A stretch of DNA of 64,000 nt from contig CAZHEV010000008.1 of assembly GCA_964531335.1 (NCBI GenBank), forward strand, positions 68,452 to 132,451. The letters run 5' to 3'. A program made the translations under genes and the position numbers. Source of the stretch: an uncultured bacterium. GTDB taxonomy: Bacteria; Eisenbacteria; RBG-16-71-46; CAZHEV01. The notes under the pieces were generated by a model. The model made no database searches. It was not told the DNA's origin and saw only the letters and a list, made by a program, of their open reading frames with translations. This document shows, piece after piece, positions 56,719 to 64,000 of this stretch (the first letter of the stretch is position 1; every line of letters starts with the position of its first letter).

Positions 56719-56947
56719 CAAGGGGATCCAAGAATCCTTGCCTCGCCGTCGGCCGGTCTGGACCGGCCGCGTTCCGGAGGCTGTGTTGGCGAGCGGGTAC
56801 GTGATCCGGACTGAGACTTGTCGACATGACGCGGGACCGCCCGTGGAAGGGACCGCGTAGCTCCCACAACAAGGGCTATGATTAGGACCCACCACAAGCC
56901 CATCCATCCCCCGTGCCAATCGCTCCGGTGCATTTCCAGCCTTCACA

Positions 56948-57565
56948 CTACTTCTGCAGCGCCCAGCACTCGCCCCTTCGCATCCGTTCGTAGTGCCAGT
57001 GAACGTGTTGCCGCAGGGTCCGGAGCTCCGAGGGATCGACGGGCTTCATCACGATCCTGGCGCCGTTGTTCAATTGCTCGACAGTGGTGTTCATCACGGG
57101 CATCTGTCCCATCCCGGGCACCCGGCCCATCTCGGTGCCGGTCATCCCTGGGTGGCCCATTTCGCCGTGGCCCATCTCCTCGCGGACGACTTCGCCGTGA
57201 CCCACGGCCATGCGCCGCCACATCATTTCTCCTTCACCCCGGTGCATCTCGTACATCCGTCCCAGGTGCTGCACGCGCCTTCGTATGTCGCCGACGTCCT
57301 CCTCCTCCGCCATGAAGGTAAGCGCGACCCCGTCGGACATGTCGTCTATCTCCACCGTGGTGCCCGGCACGGCCATCGGACACACTTCGGCCAGCTTCTC
57401 CATCACGTCCTCGTCCTCGGCGGCCGCAGTCCCGGGAATGGCCTCCTCCTGTTCCTCCATGCGGGCCTCCGATGCGCGTTGCTCATCTTTCGCGCCGCAC
57501 GACCAGAGACCGAAACTCATAGGCGCGACAACCGAGATCAAGAGCGCGGCTTTCATAGCTTTCAT
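56948..57565 (-). CDS. Met/His-rich periplasmic lipoprotein, putative metal (Cu/Ag-type) binding
   Basis: Start at MKAMKAALLISVVAPMSFGLWSCG (lipobox) with AAGGAG RBS. MHRGEGEMMWRRMAVGHGEVVREEMGHGEMGHPGMTGTEMGRVPGMGQMPVM is rich in MxxM/HxxM motifs. The upstream in-frame extension in the track ORF was rejected. Confidence 0.5.
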   Translation of the reverse strand: MKAMKAALLISVVAPMSFGLWSCGAKDEQRASEARMEEQEEAIPGTAAAEDEDVMEKLAEVCPMAVPGTTVEIDDMSDGVALTFMAEEEDVGDIRRRVQHLGRMYEMHRGEGEMMWRRMAVGHGEVVREEMGHGEMGHPGMTGTEMGRVPGMGQMPVMNTTVEQLNNGARIVMKPVDPSELRTLRQHVHWHYERMRRGECWALQK

Positions 57566-58001
57566 CAGCTCATCTCCTTTTCGTGATCTTGCCTCAACCC
57601 GGACCGCCGCGCGCGGCCGTTCAGGCCGACCATCCGCCCGCCGGCCAAGCCCGCCGTCCCCGCCGCTCGTTGCGGCCGGCGCCGCTTGTCCTTCGTCCGT
57701 GACCAGTCCATGCCTCCGTCCCATGCCGCAATCCGCGCACCGATACTGCCTCAGCGCGACGATGGCGCACGGAATCAGGTTTTCGCATCGCCGGCTCGCG
57801 GTGTATCGGGGGGAAACTGATACTACTCTGGGGCGGCCTCCCAACAATGAAGGACGTAAAAACGGGTGACCGAACGCTACGCAATATGTAGACTTCAATT
57901 TTGTCCCGTCGAATTGTGTATTGACGAGACTGCGAGATCGAGCGCTCGGCGGAACTTCCGGCAAGGTCCGCCGATGTCATGCCCGGACCGTCACCCGCGA
58001 A

Positions 58002-59423
58002 TTGGACCAGGCCTTGGATAGACCGGCGAGAACAGAAGACAGGACGGCCAGACGCGCGGCCCTGATCGTGGCCACGTTGGCTTCGTTTCTCGGCCCGTTC
58101 ATGGGCTCCTCGGTGAACGTCGCCTTGCCCAGGATCGGCAATGAGTTCGGCATGAGCGCGGTGCTGATGAGCTGGGTCAACACCGCTTTTCTTCTGTCCG
58201 CCGCCACCTTGACGGTGCCGTTCGGACGCCTGGGCGATATCTACGGCCGCAAGAAGATCTACATGACCGGCGTCTTCATCTTCACCGCGGCCTCCGTCCT
58301 CATCGCGCTGTCCTGGTCGGGAATGACGCTGATCCTGTACAGGGTAGTGCAGGGCGTCGGCGCCTCGATGATCTTCGCCACTGGAATGGCCATCCTTCTA
58401 TCTGTATATCCGGCTCGGGAGCGGGGGAAGGTGCTCGGAATCGCCGTGGCCGCCGTCTACCTCGGCCTCTCCAGCGGGCCGTTCTTCGGAGGCATCATTA
58501 CCCAGCAGCTCGGCTGGCGCTTCATATTCTGGCTGAATCTGCCGACGGGGCTATTGTTGCTGGCGGTGATCTTCTTCATGTTGAAGGGGGACTGGGCCGA
58601 GGCCAAAGGCGCGCGGTTCGACCTGGCGGGCTCGGCGATGCTCGCGCTTTCGCTTCTGGCCACTATGTTCGGCTTCTCCAGATTGCCCGAGCCCTACGCC
58701 TTCTACCTGCTGGCCGCGGGGCTGGCCGGTATCGCCGCGTTCGTCATCTTCGAGTTGCGGTTCGAGGACCCGATAGTCGATGTGAGGCTGTTTCGTTACA
58801 ACACCGTTTTCGCCTTCTCCAATTTGGCCGCCTTGATTAACTACGCCGCCACCTTCGCCGTGACCTTCCTGTTGAGCCTCTACCTCCAGGAGGTGCGCGG
58901 TTTCTCTCCGCAGAAGGCGGGGATGCTGCTCGTCATTCAGCCGCTGGTGCAGGCCGTCCTCTCGCCGTTGGCGGGGAGGCTCTCAGACCGGGTGGAGCCG
59001 CGGACCGTGGCCTCCATCGGGATGACCATGACCTTCACAGGACTGGTGCTGCTGACCTTCATAGACTCCGGCGTCTCCATCTACTATGTCATGGCCTGCC
59101 TCGTGTTCCTCGGGTTCGGGTTCGCGCTTTTTGTATCTCCCAACACAAACGCCATCATGAGCTCCGTCAACCGCCGAATCTACGGGGTGGCCGCCGCCCT
59201 GGTCGGCACCATGCGCCAGCTGGGGATGATGTTCTCCATGGGCATCGTGATGATGATCCTTTCGCTTCAAATGGGCCGGGCCGAGATCCAACCGGGCAAC
59301 GTGGGAGCGTTCCTGGACAGCATGCGAACGGCTTTTGTAATCTTCGCGGTGCTGTGCCTCGGTGGGATATTCGCTTCCCTCGCCAGGGGCAAGGTAAGCC
59401 GCGTCGAACCGGGAGGCCCCTGA
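58002..59423 (+). CDS. MFS transporter, 14-TMS drug:H+ antiporter (DHA2/EmrB-like)
   Basis: MFS motifs (GRLGDIYGRKK) and 14 predicted TM helices. Start uncertain: TTG at 58002, or upstream TTG at 57921. Confidence 0.8.
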   Translation: MDQALDRPARTEDRTARRAALIVATLASFLGPFMGSSVNVALPRIGNEFGMSAVLMSWVNTAFLLSAATLTVPFGRLGDIYGRKKIYMTGVFIFTAASVLIALSWSGMTLILYRVVQGVGASMIFATGMAILLSVYPARERGKVLGIAVAAVYLGLSSGPFFGGIITQQLGWRFIFWLNLPTGLLLLAVIFFMLKGDWAEAKGARFDLAGSAMLALSLLATMFGFSRLPEPYAFYLLAAGLAGIAAFVIFELRFEDPIVDVRLFRYNTVFAFSNLAALINYAATFAVTFLLSLYLQEVRGFSPQKAGMLLVIQPLVQAVLSPLAGRLSDRVEPRTVASIGMTMTFTGLVLLTFIDSGVSIYYVMACLVFLGFGFALFVSPNTNAIMSSVNRRIYGVAAALVGTMRQLGMMFSMGIVMMILSLQMGRAEIQPGNVGAFLDSMRTAFVIFAVLCLGGIFASLARGKVSRVEPGGP

Positions 59424-59849
59424 AGCCGCTCCCCCCAGGCCCGGCTTCGCCTGCACGCCGGCGGGCTCTTCCTCACCAGCATCAGCGACTTCGGTCAGGA
59501 CCGGCGGACCGGCGAGATGTCCCTCCGCGGCGGTCCGTCCAGGTGAGTATCGTGCCGACCGCTGCGTCCCTCGCGGCGCTGGGTGCGAACGAGATCAAAT
59601 TCATCTCACGGCACTTTCCCTTACGTCAGACAAGATCCCCTTTGACGCGCGAGCTCGGCTTGCTCGAGGAAGTACAAGCGTAAAGGGCTGGCGTAAAGGG
59701 TTTCTCTTGACTTGAACCGGTACTTGTGGTAAAGTTCATATTGGCGATTGCATCCGCCCGCCGTTTCACCCGCCGGACCGCAAGCCGGCAGGCGAATCTG
59801 AAATCATCAGTCCCCGGCCACGCCCGCCTGTCCATCCACGAAGGGAGGG

Positions 59850-60983
59850 ATGATTTTGTCTCTAAGAAACAAGACCATGATTTCGCTGCTGGCGGCGCTG
59901 TTTGTGCTCTGCACGGTGTCCTCGGCGTTCGCCCGCCACGCGGTGACCGGAGCCCGCGGCTTCAAGCACACCTACAACAACAGATATTACTCATGGATGC
60001 CCCTTTCGCCGCCGTACGGAGGCAATCCGAATTATCGGTGCCACGTGGTAAGGGTCGTGGACGGCTCTCTATGGGGCGGATGGGGCGGCGCTCAGGCCGA
60101 TTACGGCGCCGGATGGATCGAGCTCAAGCACTGCACGTATATCGAGACGGCCTCCTCGGTCCGCGTCAACTCCTGGAGCAGGCTGGTCGTGCAGGACCCG
60201 CGTGCCGACCAACCGATAGTATCCGGGGCCCAACAGGACGGCGAAGCCTGCAACTGCGAGCTTCAGCCCGGCCAACAGGTCTGGGTCCTCGGCCCGGAGG
60301 AGCCCGGCATGCCCCCGGGAGAGGCACATTCGCCGGCCGCGGCGGTGGTCGCCGATACGACCGGCCAACTGCCGGTGGAGTTCGTCATGGACTACGAGGA
60401 CGGATCGCTTGTAACCAGGATCACCAATTGTCCTTGGAGCGCAGCTCAAATATGGGCTCGCGGCCTCATAGCGGGCGGAGATACGTCCGAGGTCCCCATG
60501 CTACCGGGAGAGTCGCTTCTCTATACCTCTACAGGTGAAATCGACGGCAGTGGCCATGTCCTCGTCAAGTCACTCGGAGACGTTTCGGCGGAGCCGGGCG
60601 ACGAGGTGGTCCTCGAGTTCGAGGTTTGGAACCTGGACGCCTTCGATCATGATTTCGATTTGACAGTGGAGGACGCCCATGGCTGGCAGATCGTAGCGCC
60701 AGGGCCGGTGGTCACCGTCCCCGCCATGGGATCGACGCCCGTCCTCGTGCCGGTGACGGTCCCGCCTTCCCCTGAGGGCCCGGCTGACGGCGTGCATCTC
60801 GAAGCCGTGCGGTCCGACAACCCGCAGCAGTACCACGGCGACACCGGATGGGTCGAAGCCCAGATCCCCGTCCCTTCAGGCTCTGATCGCTCCTACGTTG
60901 TCCTCGCGGTCCTTCTGCTTGGAATGGGGGCCCTGCTTCTGGGCTTGCGGAGGCTTCGCAGACCGGGATCTCGACCGGCGTAG
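59850..60983 (+). CDS. exported hypothetical protein with C-terminal TM helix plus Arg-rich tail (sorting-signal-like)
   Basis: GGGAGGG RBS and a signal peptide. C-terminus PVPSGSDRSYVVLAVLLLGMGALLLGLRRLRRP resembles exosortase-type CTERM anchors but has no PEP motif. Confidence 0.55.
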   Translation: MILSLRNKTMISLLAALFVLCTVSSAFARHAVTGARGFKHTYNNRYYSWMPLSPPYGGNPNYRCHVVRVVDGSLWGGWGGAQADYGAGWIELKHCTYIETASSVRVNSWSRLVVQDPRADQPIVSGAQQDGEACNCELQPGQQVWVLGPEEPGMPPGEAHSPAAAVVADTTGQLPVEFVMDYEDGSLVTRITNCPWSAAQIWARGLIAGGDTSEVPMLPGESLLYTSTGEIDGSGHVLVKSLGDVSAEPGDEVVLEFEVWNLDAFDHDFDLTVEDAHGWQIVAPGPVVTVPAMGSTPVLVPVTVPPSPEGPADGVHLEAVRSDNPQQYHGDTGWVEAQIPVPSGSDRSYVVLAVLLLGMGALLLGLRRLRRPGSRPA

Positions 60984-61142
60984 TCCCAATATCTCGACAC
61001 TTGCCATAGGAGGGGTCCGAGCGAAGCCGCCGGACCCCTTCCCTTTGCCGCCGTCGGGGCCGGCGCCCATGATCCCATATTGGAGTTGACACGGGGCACA
61101 ACTGCAGCTAGAATACTCGGCTGATTGGTGAAATATGCCTAG

Positions 61143-62591
<1,449 letters not shown>

Positions 62592-62623
62592 AGCCGATCC
62601 GGCATCTTAGGCAAGCGGAAGGC

Positions 62624-62651
62624 GGAGTGGAGATTTCCACTCCGTTTTCTG
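62624..62651 (+). terminator. rho-independent terminator (GGAGTGGA-GATT-TCCACTCC followed by GTTTTCT)
   Basis: 8 bp stem, tetraloop and T-tract, 33 nt after the gdhA stop. Confidence 0.6.
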
Positions 62652-62799
62652 CTATATTTCGGATGTGCGCCGGTGCGGTGGGCGCCGGCGTCGAGGTGCC
62701 GCTTGAACGCCGGGGCGCGGCCGCATGGATATCGATCTCGCGGGTGTTGGCGCGGGCGCTGTTCGCTTTGTCTTTGGGATTCCGCAAAGGTGATCGGGT

Positions 62800-64000
62800 T
62801 TGAGAGAGTTTGACATTCAAGAAGTCGAGCACGGGTACGGCTCCCGTTTCCAGCGATTCCAGGATCTGATCCGCAATAGGGTCCGCAATATCCTCCTCGT
62901 TTCCAGCGTCTACGACTCCTTCATCCTTGCGGAGGACGGCCGCCTGTACGAGTCACTGCTCAACGAGTACATCGGACTCAATCTCAGCGACGCCCCCGGC
63001 ATAACGCGCGTGTCCAGCAGCTCTGAAGCGGTCTCCATGCTACAGGGGGACAAGCGCTTCGATCTGATCATCACCTCGCTGTGGGTCGGCGACATGCACG
63101 CCCTCGAGTTCGCCCGTGAGGCGAAGAACATCGTCAAGGACGTGCCCATTGTATTGCTCACCTACGACGCCCGCGCCCTGAACGATCTGCTGGATAAGTA
63201 CGATGTGTCGGATTTCGACAGGGTGTTCATCTGGCAGGGCGATTTTCGCATCCTGCTGGCTATAATAAAGTGCATCGAGGACCACCTGAACGTGGACCAC
63301 GACACCGAGCTGGTCGGAGTGCAGTCCATCATTCTGATCGAGGATGACGTCCGCTTCTACTCCTCGTATCTGCCGCTTATCTACACGGAGTTGATGCGAC
63401 ACACCCAAAGCCTGATTTCGGAGGGCGTAAACCCCGCCCACAGATTGCTAAGGCGCCGGGCCAGGCCGAAGATACTGCTCTGCGACACCTATGAGGAGGC
63501 ATGGTCATACTACGAGCGGTTGCACGCCTACATCCTCGGCGTCATCTCGGACATGGAGTTCCCCAGGGGCGGGCGGAAGGACCCCTGGGCGGGGGTGAGC
63601 TTTGCCGAGGCGGTTCGCGAGTCACATCCCGACATTCCCATATTGTTGCAGTCCCGCGATCCGGCGAACAGGCGGGTCGCCGACAAGCTGGGCGTGTCGT
63701 TCCTGGTGAAGGATTCGCCCACTTTGCTGTCGGATCTCAGCGCGTTCATGAAGACGAACTTCAGCTTCGGGGACTTCGTGTTCCGTCTTCCCGATGGAAC
63801 GGAGGTCGGCCGCGCCTCGGACCTGCGCACCCTGGAGGAGCAGCTCCGCCACGTCCCGAATGAGAGCCTTCTCTACCACGGCGAGCGCAACCATTTCTCC
63901 AATTGGTTCAAGGCAAGGACGGAGTTTCTGCTGGCATACAGGCTTCGTCCCCAGAAGGTCTCGGATTACAGGTCCGTCGGGGACCTGCGCCGGTACTTGA
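62800..64000 (+). CDS. multi-receiver-domain (REC/pseudo-REC) signalling protein, 3' end outside window; not present in the supplied ORF track
   Basis: Uninterrupted 400-codon frame, verified codon by codon. It opens right after a TGA with a TTG, and the first ATG is about 100 codons in. REC-like segments: DLIITSLWVGDMHALEF (phospho-acceptor position is Ser), ILLIEDDVRFY, KILLCDTYEEA...VISDMEFP. Confidence 0.6.
   Translation, partial: MREFDIQEVEHGYGSRFQRFQDLIRNRVRNILLVSSVYDSFILAEDGRLYESLLNEYIGLNLSDAPGITRVSSSSEAVSMLQGDKRFDLIITSLWVGDMHALEFAREAKNIVKDVPIVLLTYDARALNDLLDKYDVSDFDRVFIWQGDFRILLAIIKCIEDHLNVDHDTELVGVQSIILIEDDVRFYSSYLPLIYTELMRHTQSLISEGVNPAHRLLRRRARPKILLCDTYEEAWSYYERLHAYILGVISDMEFPRGGRKDPWAGVSFAEAVRESHPDIPILLQSRDPANRRVADKLGVSFLVKDSPTLLSDLSAFMKTNFSFGDFVFRLPDGTEVGRASDLRTLEEQLRHVPNESLLYHGERNHFSNWFKARTEFLLAYRLRPQKVSDYRSVGDLRRYL

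Noticed and set aside
55837-56946. 369-aa minus-strand ORF spanning the Nudix and small OMP genes
   Set aside because: Crosses two well-supported genes on opposite strands. Arg/Gly/Pro-rich artefact.

Overview
This 64 kb window comes from a high-GC (about 65%), gene-dense bacterial chromosome, judging by codon usage and composition. Coding runs on both strands, and GGAGG-type ribosome-binding sites often sit before ATG, GTG or TTG starts. There are many signal-peptide or lipobox proteins, outer-membrane beta-barrels, TPR, PD40, PQQ, PEGA and BNR repeat proteins and Tat/TlpA components. This points to a diderm, probably an uncultured FCB-type lineage, but that is an inference.

Housekeeping genes I recognise:
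- the C-terminal part of an RND efflux permease;
- a YbgC-like thioesterase;
- tatA;
- an ADP-forming acetyl-CoA synthetase;
- argF;
- an amidohydrolase;
- a DMT transporter;
- an M1 aminopeptidase;
- lexA;
- tRNA-Glu(UUC);
- an M24 Xaa-Pro peptidase;
- an OprB-type porin;
- a DtxR/IdeR-type regulator;
- a spermidine-synthase-like membrane fusion;
- a DMSO-reductase-family molybdoenzyme with its FeS/anchor subunit;
- a Nudix hydrolase;
- an MFS exporter;
- gdhA;
- a multi-receiver-domain protein running off the 3' edge.

Accessory or unusual content, in order of interest:
1. A radical-SAM/SPASM enzyme with an N-terminal PqqD-like RiPP recognition element, heading a minus-strand cluster. The cluster continues into an exported SRPBCC-like protein, a Gln-cyclase-propeller/transglutaminase protein and a BNR/sortilin-like protein. 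I could not find a precursor peptide.
2. A translationally coupled four-gene envelope operon, divergent from two tandem GT39/ArnT-like membrane glycosyltransferases with TPR tails. Its first gene fuses a HEXXH zincin-like domain, TolB-like PD40 repeats and an Omp85-family barrel. The others encode a PQQ-propeller lipoprotein, a PEGA protein and an FN3+NHL-propeller lipoprotein.
3. Two paralogous cassettes, each pairing a chymotrypsin-fold (GDSG) serine peptidase lipoprotein with a small standalone lipoprotein. The small protein is homologous to the peptidase's own N-terminal pro-region. One peptidase also carries a near-identical 2x258 bp PKD-domain tandem duplication.
4. A RelA/SpoT-type nucleotidyltransferase domain with a diverged catalytic motif, fused to a roughly 290 aa novel N-terminal region.
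5. A secreted protein with an extreme Tyr/Trp-rich block and an Arg/Ser/Gly-rich tail.
6. A 38 bp perfect palindrome with DtxR-box-like half-sites between the porin and the DtxR regulator.
7. An AT-rich segment with a decayed AbiEi antitoxin gene next to tRNA-Glu, and an orphan ECF sigma region-4 fragment.

Everything here is read from the sequence and the supplied ORF track. No database searches were run.
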